A DNA stretch of 64,000 bases from Podarcis cretensis (Eukaryota): positions 6,510,001-6,574,000 of the forward strand of contig OX638159.1 of NCBI GenBank assembly GCA_951804945.1. Direction: 5' to 3'. The notes beneath the pieces are model-generated. The model searched no databases and was not told where the DNA came from. It saw only the letters and a program-made list of their open reading frames with translations. Both the position numbers and the translations under genes were made by a program. Of the stretch, positions 12,023 through 24,051 are shown one piece after another (the stretch's first letter is position 1; each line of letters starts with the position of its first letter).

Positions 12023-12190
12023 AAAGCCATTTTAAAGAGGATGACATTCAGTGTGACATTCGGGGTAACAGGCTTCTGGGTTAGAGTTGTCCTTGAACAT
12101 GCTAGGGAATTTTTGGAAGTCAGCTATGAATTTCATTTGCAGAACCAGCTTTCAGCTCTTTCTTTTTGCCATGTTCCACAAACATTTCAA

Positions 12191-12553
12191 GGGACGCAGG
12201 TGGCGCTGTGGGTTAAAGCCTCAGCGCCTAGGACTTGCCGATCGAAAGGTCGGCGGTTCGAATCCCTGCGGCGGGGTGCGCTCCCGCTGCTCAGTCCCAG
12301 CGCCTGCCAACCTAGCAGTTCGAAAGCACCTCCGGGTGCAAGTAGATAAATAGGGACCGCTTACCAGCGGGAAGGTAAACGGCGTTTCCGTGTGCGGCTC
12401 TGGCTTGCCAGAGCAGCGATGTCACGCTGGCCACGTGACCCGGAAGTGTCTCCGGACAGCGCTGGCCCCTGGCCTCTTAAATGAGATGGGCGCACAACCC
12501 CAGAGTCTGTCAAGACTGGCCCGTACGGGCAGGGGTACCTTTACCTTTACCTT
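12191..12553 (+). mobile_element. Young Sauria SINE
   Basis: Full length with 13-bp TSD ACAAACATTTCAA (12178-12190 and 12554-12566); nearly identical to the 44519 and 59929 copies. Confidence 0.95.
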
Positions 12554-12782
12554 ACAAACATTTCAAATGCATATCTCAGTTCAAATGGGTACACTCTGCA
12601 TTGACTCCAACTATCCCAACCTACCAGAGACAACTTTAAGTTCTTATGCTGGGAAGCCTTTTCAAAGTTTCATGCATATGATTGTGGCCAGTGGTCCTAC
12701 TTTACAGAGGGCAGTCCTCTTTTTGAAGCACTATCTAGTTCAAATCTAGTTTAAAGTTTAAATCATAGCAGTTTAATCTGGC

Positions 12783-13797
12783 TTGCTTATTTAACATATA
12801 TGCAGAATTCATCATGCGAAAGGCTGGATTGGATGAATCCCAAGCCAGAATTGAAATTGCCGGAAGAAATATCAACAACCTCAGATATGCAGATGACACA
12901 ACTTTGATGGCAGAAAGTGAGGAGGAATTAAAGAACCTCTTAACAAGGGTGAAAGAGGAGAGTGTAAAATGTGGTCTCAAGCTCAACATCAAAAAAACTA
13001 AGATCGTGGTCCCGTCACTTCTTTGGAAGTCTTTAAGCAGAGGCTTGACAACCACATGTCAGGAGTGCTCTGATGGTGTTTCCTGCTTGGCAGGGGGTTG
13101 GACTCAATGGCCCTTGTGGTCTCTTCCAACTCTATGATTCTATGATTCTATGACCTCCTGGCAAACAGAAGGGGAAGAAATGGAGGCAGTAAGAGATTTT
13201 ACTTTCTTGGGCTCCATGATCACTGCAGATGGTGACAGCAGCCACGAAATTAAAAGACGCCTGCGTCTTGGGAGAAAAGCAATGACAAACCTAGACAGCA
13301 TCCTAAAAAGTAGAGCCATCACCTTGCCGACAAAGGTCCGTATAGTTAAAGCTATGGTTTTCCCAGTAGTGATGTATGGAAGTGAGAGCTGGACCATAAA
13401 GAAGGCTGATCACCGAAGAATTGATGCTTTTGAATTATGGTGCTGGAGGAGACTCTTGAGAGTCCCATGGACTGCAAGGAGATCAAACCTCTCCATTCTG
13501 AAGGAAATCAGCCCTGAATGTTCACTGGAAGAACAGATCCTGAAGCTGAGGCTCCAATACGTTGGCCACCTCATGAGAAGAGAAGACTCCCTGGAAAAGA
13601 CCCTGATGTTGGGAAAGATGGAGGGCACAAGGAGAAGGGGACGACAGAGGACGAGATGGTTGGATAGTGTTCTCGAAGCTACCAGCATGAGTTTGCCCAA
13701 ACTGCGGGAGGCAGTGGAAGACAGGAGTGCCTGGCGAGCTCTGGTCCTTGGGGTCTTGAGGAGTCAGACACGCTAAATGACTAAACAACAACAACAA
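12783..13797 (+). mobile_element. Bov-B (RTE) LINE 3' portion, interrupted by a CR1 tail
   Basis: RT motif NNLRYADDTTL (ORF 12814) continues in ORF 13150-13776 (DAFELWCWRRLLRVPWTARRSN...); (CAA)n tail. Confidence 0.95.
13019..13153 (+). mobile_element. CR1 3' tail inserted inside Bov-B
   Basis: Matches the CR1 end at ~40565-40698 (TTTAAGCAGAGGCTTGACAACC...CCAACTCTATGATTCTATGATTCTATGA). Confidence 0.9.
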
Positions 13798-13980
13798 AGA
13801 GTCGTGCTAAAATCAACTGGTTACAATAATTGTGGTAGAATCATCCTTTCACAAGCAAAGAGCTGCACTCGCCACAGGGTTGTGTATACCTTCTCATCTC
13901 ATCTTATCACCACGATGCATAGAGGCCAAACAGGAAGTGGCAAACAAAATTGTGGACAATGAATTAACATACATCTAAAC

Positions 13981-14050
13981 CAGTGCTTTTTTCTGGGGGT
14001 ATTCCAGGGTGTGCAGTACCAGCACCTTTTTAAATAGAAGAAAAGCACTG
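13981..14050. mobile_element. 70-bp hAT-type mini-MITE
   Basis: TIRs CAGTGCTTTT / AAAAGCACTG; perfect 8-bp TSD ATCTAAAC. Confidence 0.85.
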
Positions 14051-14740
14051 ATCTAAACTGTGGAAAAACAAAATCCACACTAAATAGTCTCCTTGAGGAA
14101 CAAAAGCCATACTGGTTCTCAAGTCATAACCCACCCTTATTATCCATCAACAGAGTTGCCACATGGCATCCTAGTCTCTGACCTAATTTAGCAGAGGGTT
14201 GTCCCGTGAGACTGCTTTTTAGTGGCTCTGAGGAGGAGGCAGGAGAGAGAGGGACCGGGGCTGAAATTCTGCCATATGCCATAACATATGTACAGTCAGC
14301 TTACACTGAACTGAATTTATGTCAACATGTGGCCTTCCCATTTAAGCATATCATGACAAATCCCAACCTCAGTTACACCCTCTGCAACCACATTGCCTTA
14401 GAAACACAAACCACTGGGAAATATTTGGGCTACAATAGCCCGTAGACGCTGCCAAACGATAAAAGTATTTTAAATATAAATTCAAATATTCTTCACAAAC
14501 CCCCAGTCTCTCCCTCTCTCCCTTCCCCCATGCTGTTTCTCTTGCACACAAGCACAACATGTCAAATCAAATACATTTTCAACTGGCTTGTGTATGACTC
14601 TTTAAACATGACCCAGACTAAGTCACTTTGGGATTTGGAACCAAAGCCATGGGGCCGCTTATGAGATAGAGTTTGGGCTCTGAAAATAGCTATTTGCTCA
14701 CCAGCATGTTATGAGTGTAAGAAGAGGGAGACAGAAAGTA

Positions 14741-14999
14741 CCGTACTTTTTGCTCTATAAGACTCACTTTTTCCCTCCTAAAAAGTAAGGGGAAACGTGT
14801 GTGCGTCTTATGGAGCGAATGCAGGCTGCGCAGCTATCCCAGAAGCCAGAACAGCAAGAGGGATCGCTGCTTTCACTGCACAATGATCCCTCTTGCTGTT
14901 CTGGCTTCTGAGATTCAGAATATTTTTTTCCTTGTTTTCCTCCTCCAAAAACTAGGTGCGTCTTGTGGTCTGGTGCATCTTATAGAGCGAAAAATACAG
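14741..14999. mobile_element. Tc1/mariner (pogo-like) MITE
   Basis: TA-CCGTACTTTTTGCTCTATAAGA ... TCTTATAGAGCGAAAAATACAG-TA. Confidence 0.8.
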
Positions 15000-16741
15000 T
15001 AAGTGTAAGCAGTAAGGACAAAGTAGGATATGTGGAAGATTATGGTGAGTTGAGGGGTAAAAAGCCCACATGGTTTTGTTCCAGGACACTTAGTCCACTG
15101 CTGGGCACAAAATGATTCCTCAAGAAGCCACCTCAGATCAGAGACAGCCTTACTGTTAGACGACGGAGGGCACTTCAGGCAGCAGTTGCTAAGGGACGGA
15201 GAGTAGTGGCAAAGTGTTGGAAGACAGGACTGTGTGTGTTACATCGCCTGCCCTGTCCTGCTAGCCTGCTGCACTCAGGTGAGCTGGAGGACACTGTCCC
15301 ATTGCCAGTGTTGAAATAAGGTTCAACAGGAGCTCAATCTTTTTATTTGCCTTGGGTAGGAACATATTTTGGTCTGGCCTTCCCTGTGAACCTGTTGAAG
15401 GGCAGGATGTAAACAATGTTATAGCTCTCACTGAGACCATTTACCAGCCAAGGATAAGCCATAATGGAAAGATGCAGGAACACAATGAAGACAAGAAGCA
15501 AAAATCCTACACCCACTTTCTATCTATAGTTTGCTAAAATTGCAGAAAACAAACACCATCATCTTTGTGAGAAATGGGTCTGGAGAATAGTGTAGCTTTA
15601 TGAATGTGAAGGCTCCACACCCTGACAAATCTGAGGGAGAAGAAGACAAGCTGCCTCTACATATGTTACAGCATATGGCAGAAATTCAGAACCACTCAGT
15701 CTAAGTTATTCTTTGTCCTCAGAGTCAACAAATGTCTGTGTTAAATTAGGTCAGGGTCTGGGCGAATCTTTGTTTGCTCCAGCACCAATTAACTGGAGAT
15801 AAAAAATGATAAACCATGGATGACTAAATTAGGTATTTCAGCAACAGAAATGATTTAAAGTAGATTTATGGGGTATATTTAACTATGACCAAAATTTCTA
15901 TGCAAGTTTTAAGAGTTTGGCCTCAATTCCCATGATGTTGAGGGAAGCTCCTTTGTTCTTTTAAAGGGGTGTTACATTCAATAACTTGATCTGAAAATAT
16001 TTAATATGCGTTTGACTAAATAGCTACAGCTTTTAAGATTTTGTTGAGTGCTTTGGTTGCTCCTGGACTATTTTGCATAGGAACTTTATCATCATTAGAA
16101 GTACCAAGTACCAACCTTTTCATTTACCGTAGTTTATGTATTTTGTAATGATTACATATATTCCAGTGGTGATCTGAATATATATCATCATTATGATTGC
16201 TGTGGCACATTTAAAGAGTATTTAATATACCTTCTTCTATCTCAGAATAACAATATTTTTATGATATTCAACCTCACTAACCTAGATAGCACCTTTGCCC
16301 CACCATCTGCCTGTATTTCCTCTCAAACTTACCTAAGGCTGCTCAGTGGTCCTTAATAGGAAGAGATATGTCTAATGCTCGTAGGGCCAAAGTTAGAAAC
16401 TTCCTGGCAAACATTACAGATGCCCTTTTCACATGTCTGTGAGACATCCCAACATTTTCTATTTTAGGCCAACATTGAGACCTACAGATTTTCTCAACAG
16501 ATTTTTTTTTTTAAAAAAATCAATTTAACTGGACCATCTGAACAACTGCAGTTGGCCCCTAGTACATGCAAAGAAATAAAAATAATAAGGACAATAAAAT
16601 ACACAAGTAAAGTGACCAACGAAGGCATTAACTAAGTGACTTTACATGGCTATGAATACTCATTTCTTTTTTAAAAAAATAGGTGGGGATTAGCAAAGGT
16701 ACTTGGATTGTGAGAGTAATGCACAGGTCACAGTCAAATTT

Positions 16742-17032
16742 GAAGAAGAAGAAGAAGAAGAAGAAGAAGAAGAAGAAGAAGAAGAAGAAGAAGAAGAGTT
16801 TGGATTTGATATCCCGCCTTTCACTCCCTTTAAGGAGTCTCAAAGCGGCTAACATTCTCCTTTCCCTTCTTCCCCACAACAAACACTCTGTGAGGTGAGT
16901 GGGGCTGAGAGACTTCAGAGAAGTGTGACTGGCCCAAGGTCACCCAGCAGCTGCATGTGGAGGAGCGGAGACGCGAACCCAGTTCCCCAGATTACGAGAC
17001 TGCCGCTCTTAACCACTACACCACGCTGGCTC
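16742..17032 (-). mobile_element. Squam3-like (MIR/CORE-derived) tRNA SINE with (CTT)n tail
   Basis: Minus strand has a tRNA head (GTGGTGTAGTGGTTAAGAGC...GGTTCG), CORE-like GTGACCTTGGGCCAGTCAC and a long (CTT)n tail. Confidence 0.85.
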
Positions 17033-18507
17033 ATTTTACATTATGTAGAGCTTCAAAAAACTAAAATTACTTCACCAAATACTTAAAATACTTAGTTAAG
17101 TATGTTTCCTAGGAAATGAATCTGGTCTGGTTGAAGCAGCAGTAGGTACATTACGAAGAATCCTTCAGAGTGGGAAAAAAATATTTACAGAGTGTGAGGA
17201 GCAAAGCTGCCTTTCAAGCCCCTCATTTCTTCCCACCTCCCCTGTTTTATAGATGGATTTTCTGCCGATGCTGGTCCTTTCTGCTACTTTAGAGGCACAC
17301 TGGAGGCTATTCAAAATTTTATGTTCACAGACACACAAAAAATCAGTTTTCTAAGACCTGAGGTTACAATAAATATTATCTTTCCAAACTCTACACCACA
17401 AAAGCAAGCTGCAAAGATCAGCTGCTTCACGGAAGCAGTGATTTAAGGGTTTGTACTACAGTGTTCACTTCTCATAAGCCCCTTTCACATGTTAATCCTG
17501 TGATGGCAATCCATAGGTTTACAGGGAAGTGGATTGACTTTCAGTAGATCACAATGAGGGAGCTGCTCTGCTATGTGTTAAACCTGGACCCATAACTAAG
17601 TCATCTATGAATGATATAGCAAGACCTTTGGCCTTGACCCTGAGGTCACGTGGATCCTTCCCATGGCCAAAGAATGAGTGTGGCCTTCTGAGAGAGAAAA
17701 GCTTATTCACCCAGGCCTCAATGTGCATATGCTTCCACAGGAGCTAGAACCCTGTGTGAGTAAAGGTGGACTCACCAAGACTTTTCCTTCCAGGTGTCCA
17801 TGTTCAATGTGTGGACATTGGTGGAAGGAAGCCGCACAACATCAGGGCCAACTCTGCCATTCCACTGTGCCTTAACTTACGAAGTGTGTAAGTATAGTGA
17901 ATTATAATTGCTGAGTTTCAAAACTAGTAAAAGTAGATTTGTACCAGGAAGAGAATCCATGCCATCTGAAGATAGCACACAGGAAGAGAGGGAAAAGTCC
18001 TAGTGTAGTATGCACAGTGTTGCAGTTCATGAGCCCATGGGTTCAGAGAGCTCTCTGGAAAGATAGACATGGACTTTGATTTTATATGCCATGTGTGCTG
18101 AAGTCTGTCTTTCTCTAGGTGAAAGCACATGATTGTACATCAAAGTACTAGAACTGTCACAAACTGCATGTCATAGAGCAACCATAGGGAATCTCTTCCT
18201 CTGTCTGATGGAAGCAGCAGAAAATATCTTCTCTGATTTTGTTTTTGACAGGATGGCTTCTCTGACAGTAGTTCCAGAATAAGAAAGGCTTGATCTGATT
18301 GCACATAATTGATTTAATGTCATAGTTTCCCAATGTACTGCGGAAAAAAATATTGTATATAAGAAAACACTAGGCCTCTTTTAAAGATGGGTCAAAATAA
18401 TTGAACTCATTATTTTTTATTTTAAAAAGATGAACCAGCAAACCCAGAAATAATTTATTACTGTTAACTTGGGCCTAAGTTTCTTTCAGATCACATGCAA
18501 CCATAAT

Positions 18508-18510
18508 GCG

Positions 18511-18559
<49 letters not shown>
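18508..18559. repeat. (CG)n(CA)n microsatellite
   Basis: Read directly from the sequence. Confidence 0.9.
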
Positions 18560-18562
<3 letters not shown>

Positions 18563-19097
18563 TCCCTTTATGAATTTTGTATTATCGTAATATTGAGCGA
18601 GGGAACCTCCATGGTGCACTGAATATACACTTTATAGAGTCTAAAGCATTTCATGGCAGAGACTGTTCTTCAGGCACACTGATTAATAAAAAAATTCCCA
18701 AGTTATAAGTCTTTGAGGCAGTATTGGAGACTTATTTGTTCCATCATAGCTGTGAAGACTCAAAATAATAGGCTCAACACGATACCTCTTCAGTATATCT
18801 TTGAGGTTTCCTTTCTCATAATTCTGGGTTGGTGCGTTGTCTCTTTTCCTTCCTCTTACTTGATTTGACCTCCAGAGGCTCAGGTTAGGTAATGGTGCAT
18901 TAGAAAACCTACAATAAACATAGTAAATAAAGACCAATCACCTAGGGAGGTATATTTGACTAAATAATGGTGTGAATGCATGAAGGCCACCACTGAAACA
19001 ACAGAAAGCATGGTGGATACAAGACTCCCACCTATGGGAGAAGTAGAGCCACAAAATGATGGTCAAACCACCCCATCTGCTGTCCTGATGGCGGCTG

Positions 19098-19235
19098 CTT
19101 CTTCTTCTTCTTCTTCTTCTTCTTCTTCTTCTTCTTCTTCTTCTTCTTCTTCTTCTTCTGGCAATCACTCGTAGCTGAGTAAGGTTGTCTTCCATAAACA
19201 TGGTTTTAACAACGAGTCCCTAAGTGACTGTGGAG
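19098..19235 (-). mobile_element. Short 3' end of a non-LTR element (RTE-like) with (GAA)n tail
   Basis: Minus strand ...GGAAGACAACCTTACTCAGCTACGAGTGATTGCCA(GAA)n; the family assignment is from memory and tentative. Confidence 0.5.
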
Positions 19236-20428
19236 TTGTGGTGCTCCACTGCTCGGCTCCCAGCTGATGTTTAGAATTGCTCTTTTGTGTTGCAATCCTA
19301 TATGCATTTGCTAGGAAGTAAGTTCCACTGACTTCAACAGCCTTATACTTACAGCATTATAGTGTCATACCTATGCATGTCTTTTCAGATTCTATTTAAT
19401 CTGTTCAGAGCAGAGCTGGCCCAGCCATTAGGCAGAGTGAGGCCACTGCCTCAGGTGGCAGAAGTTCCCAAGACAAGACCCCACAGCCTCTCATCTGATT
19501 CAGTGGTGAAGAAGCAGTCTCAGCATCAGTGCCCATTTCAGGCAAAATTGTGTTCATTTGGGGTGAGATCTTGCCTGAAATTGACACCATCTTTCCCAGC
19601 AGCTGATAAGACAGGGCACATGGTGGTGGCAGTGGCAGGGTGTGGTGGCGGCGGGAGTGGCGGCTGCAGCAGGGCAGAGAGGCACTTCCTGTTTCATCTC
19701 CTGTGGTGAAAAGGGACATGTCACCCCTGATTCAGAGTCTGTTGAATCCCACACCTGCTTACCTGCGAGTATGTCCAACTGAACTCAGTGGTGCTTACTT
19801 CTAACTGGATGTGCACAGGGCTGTGCTATGAGGGTCCTAGATTGTGCTCACATTGTTACTTCTGAAAAGTCATTACTATTGCCCTAAACACCTTTATTTT
19901 TGCGTTTCTATTTACTTTTCTGCCTTACTTTAGTGTCCACTGCAACTACTTATAACTCTTGTAAAATCTAAAGCTAGTCTGTTTTCTTAAAAAAAAAAAA
20001 TGTTGTTCCCCAAAGTTGTAAAGATAATCTTTTTTGTAAGGCTCTGGTGCAATTGACTTGCAGGATCAAGCAGTTCATTTAAGAAAACATTGCCTATATC
20101 TTATTTAACAAAAGTTTAATCACGGATTTAAAAAAAAAAAAACGGAAAGGAAAGAATAGATCTGTTTGCCTTGAGAAGTTTTGGTTTCCCTGATTTAACA
20201 GACAGAGAGCTTCTATGGCTGGGGGGCTACTTTGTTCCTCTGAAAGTGGCTACTGAGGAACCTTGGAACATAAATACATTCAATAAGCCAATAATTCTGC
20301 CTGCATTTGCTGCTGCTCTTGAGGGTATCTCCATGCTGGCAAACAGAAGGGTAATGGGAATTAGAAGGAGGGGGGAAAGAGTAATAAAAATATAAATCAC
20401 AAAAGGAAGGAAATCCATTTGGTCCTTG

Positions 20429-20617
20429 NNNNNNNNNNNNNNNNNNNNNNNNNNNNNNNNNNNNNNNNNNNNNNNNNNNNNNNNNNNNNNNNNNNNNNNN
20501 NNNNNNNNNNNNNNNNNNNNNNNNNNNNNNNNNNNNNNNNNNNNNNNNNNNNNNNNNNNNNNNNNNNNNNNNNNNNNNNNNNNNNNNNNNNNNNNNNNNN
20601 NNNNNNNNNNNNNNNNN
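20429..20617. other. Assembly gap
   Basis: Run of N. Confidence 1.
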
Positions 20618-21041
20618 TTCACTCTGTAGCATCCTGATTCTTTAATCCATACCATCAGGTTTTGATTATTATTAAGCATATATTACCCATGCAAGACAGA
20701 GGAGGAGGGGGAGGGAGAGGAAAGAGGGAGCAACAGCCAAGATATGATTTCTGCACAAATGGTACACCCTAAAGCTCTTTGGAAATCTGTTCCTTTTATC
20801 ATAGGTGTATATACAGGTCTCATTTTCTACCCCATCTGTGCCTGTGATATCTCCTTTTAAAAATTGTTAAATTTACTGAAATAGTATACATTCTTTGGAA
20901 GCCACCCTTGTGAATCATAGATCACTGATAAATAGGATATGTCTGGATGATATCTAATTAAGTCAGGGTTGGAGATCCTCCATCCCAGGGCTCAATGTGG
21001 CCCTCCAGTTTTCTCTATCCGGCCCTCAGAACTCTCCCCAG

Positions 21042-21680
21042 CAGTAGTGTAGCATGGGCAGGGCGAGGGGAACCATGGCCACAGGCTCAGAATTCTGAGG
21101 GGCACAATCTGGCGCCCCCACAACAGGCTCCGTTGCTAAGACCACATGGCTGCCACCTTCTGGAGCCATGGGGAGGCAAGCCGCACCTGGGCCGAGCCTC
21201 TGGGGCTGCGGTGGCGCCTCCTTCTCCTTGCGGCTGGTGAACAGATGCCTGCCCATGTGTGTAACTCCAGCCAACCGGAGCGTGGATTTTCCCGACCCAT
21301 GTCAGTCCTTCCCTGGGGCCTCCCTTCTGGCATGTGTCCTTAGGTAAGGTATGGAGCCACCCAATCATGCAGGATCCACCAGCACTCATCCTTGAGTTGC
21401 ACAGCCAATGAGAAGCAGCTGCGCTTGGCACCTCGACCTGCTCTCCACTGTCCTCTTACTAGACCTGCTGCAGCTGTGACTCTGGCACTGCTGGGATGCT
21501 GCCAAGCCTACCAAAGAGTGCCAGCTATCGCTCCTGATAGGATCTGATTGAGCTGAGAGGGTGAACATGGTAACCTCCATGAGGAGTAGGGTCTGTTGAC
21601 TCCCATACAACACCTGCAAATAAGGTTAGGGGCACAACCCTTGTCTTGCCCCGGGAACTGGCAACGCAGCTATGCCACTG
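21042..21680. mobile_element. hAT-type non-autonomous element nested in an older element (~20964-21900)
   Basis: TIRs CAGTAGTGTAGC / GCTATGCCACTG; perfect 8-bp TSD CTCCCCAG at 21034-21041 and 21681-21688. Confidence 0.85.
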
Positions 21681-23873
21681 CTCCCCAGGCGACACTCCTC
21701 ACTGCCCCCCAAGTGTTTTTGCTTGACTAGAATGCTTGACTTGAACTCTGATTATGCCTCTGGTTTCCTTGGATGGAAGACAGAGAGGGTGAGTGTGTGT
21801 TTATAGAAATGAGCCTACTACATAAAGATAAACTTTACATTTCTTGCTTTTGCCACAGGCCATGCCCACCTTGTGGATCTTGAAAGATTGCCCAGGAACC
21901 TGATTTTCAAGGGGAGTGCAACCCCACCCCAAGCAGGCTAGATCCCAGCACCCTGAACTGCCTCCCAACTGACAACGAGGCCCATCTGTCTTGTCTGGTT
22001 AAGTTTCCATTTTTTTCATCCTCCTCCAGTCCATTTTCAATGCCAGACATTGATTCAGAACATCAGCAGTTGGTGATGGAAAGGAGTAATAAGAGTTGAG
22101 TGTTATCCACATACTGATGACACTAAGCTCCAAAGGCCTGGAGAGCCTCCCGCAGTGCACAGGCCACAGGATTGGCCTTTGCTATATGAAAAGAAGATCA
22201 TTATGTACCAGAGGAGATCTATGCAAATAGCATCAACCCAGCTCTCCCCATTTCAGGTTGCAGCTCAGGGCAACTTGACATCAGCTGAGCCATTTACTCA
22301 TTGGCAAGTCTGAAAGTACAGCCTATAAATCAAGCTGCATTGTATTACTCACAGCACCCTGTGGAAAATCTAAGTGAAAGTGCATGTGTAAATGTAGGGA
22401 GTGGGAAAAGCTTCTGTCTCTTGCCACTCCCACCCAACAATGGTCATAGAGCAACCACATCCTTTATTAGCCTTTAAGAACAGTTATTGTTTCAATGTGT
22501 TCCAATGACTCTGAATCAGCCAGCAGTGGCAGCAATGCTCAGTGTACAAGTCTCCTGAGTGTCACTGGATCCCAAAGCCAGTTCCTGGTGCATTTGGCCA
22601 CTTGTGCTGCCGGCTTCCTGGGCAGGCTGGAAAATATATTAAACACAGTTGTAGAGAGTCCCAGTTCCCTGCTCTCTCCCTGTCTAATCCCTTTGCAGGC
22701 TTCCAAGCTTAAACTGCAAATGTCATCACCACGAACGCAGTAGTTGAATCCAACAGGTGGGGTAATAAAACATGACATTTCCAGCCAGTTTAATTGTACA
22801 GGGTGTGATGGGATAGATTTTCAGTACAAACAGGGGTTTAGTTTATGTCTGTGACAAGGCCACAGACCTACTCCTCTACCATGTAGCCACATGATCTAGG
22901 GTGTTAAGTTCCCACCTGCAATATACTTTATGACCTTTCAGGTGATGAAACTTCTGACCTATAGCATTCTCATCTTTGCTGGTTCAGCTGTTGGGTGGTG
23001 ACAACTTGCTAGACTCTGTGCTGGGGCTAACTGTGATTTACTGCACATTAGAATTAAAGCATTAGCATGAGATTCTTGTCCACCCAACCCTAAAGGGCTT
23101 TGGCCGCCGTACAGCTGACTCTCTAGAGGAAATTACAACAAGCCAGGATTTGCTGTGAGCCTATTGCCGCCTAGTGCCAAAACAGTTCATAAATTTAACT
23201 GCAGTGCATATCTACCATGTGTTGTGTTCTCTCTCTCTCCCCCCCCTCCTGCTGCCCCCCTCCCACAGCCCTCTTTCAGATATTATGACAGTTTCACAGC
23301 CTCTCTGAAGGCTGCCTTTAACAAACAAAATGTTCTGGTTTCAAAAATAAATATACGGCGTCTGTACAGAGCTGCTTTTTAAACACTGATATTAAATATG
23401 AAACAGCTATTAATCTGGAAAAGCAAAGATGATGTGCAGAAACTCCATGATCAGCAACACAATAGTTCTAAGCAGCCAAGGAAATTGATTCCTTCATCGT
23501 ATGAACCTCTGATGGAATAGTATCTGCAGGAGGGGCTCTCCTTCAAAGCACAGTGACTGGTTATAAAAAGAGGTTCAACAATCTCTAGGTATCCAGGCAC
23601 CCATTTGTAGAGGACTTTGTATATCAGCTGGTAGCTGATTGGGAGCCAGTACCAATTGGTTTAAACTTAACCCATGGTTTGACCCTCATGCAGGGGGAGG
23701 GTCTCACAACAGTTCAAGCTAAGTAGTAAAGACAAGAAGGAAAATCCAGATTGCCCAAACTATGGCTGCTCCACTTATCTCATTAAGCTCCCCTAATGTA
23801 TCTTTGATGAGGGGGAGCCATTCCAGAGCAACTTCTTTGCCTAACTCAAGGCTTTTCATTCAAGAATAGGGTA

Positions 23874-24051
23874 CAAGGGTGCCAACTTGAATAAAATTTG
23901 GGGAGGGTTAAGCCCCTCTCTGCAAAAAAAATCACAATACGTGGTATGTGCACACCATTTGAATGGCAAGCCCATCAACTTTGGGGGGTGGCCCCCTCAA
24001 ATATTTTTGGGGGGGTCAAAGAGGCCTCATTCCTAGGAGTTGGCTCCTATG
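23874..24051. mobile_element. hAT-type MITE
   Basis: Ends CAAGGGTGCCAACT / AGTTGGCTCCTATG; flanks ATAGGGTA / ATAGGGAG (6/8 match). Confidence 0.65.

Noticed and set aside
16628-19201. Poly-K/F/R/S ORFs
   Set aside because: They are translations of (GAA/CTT)n retroelement tails.
20213-20679. ORFs spanning the N gaps (also 51411-51641)
   Set aside because: Artefacts of undetermined bases.
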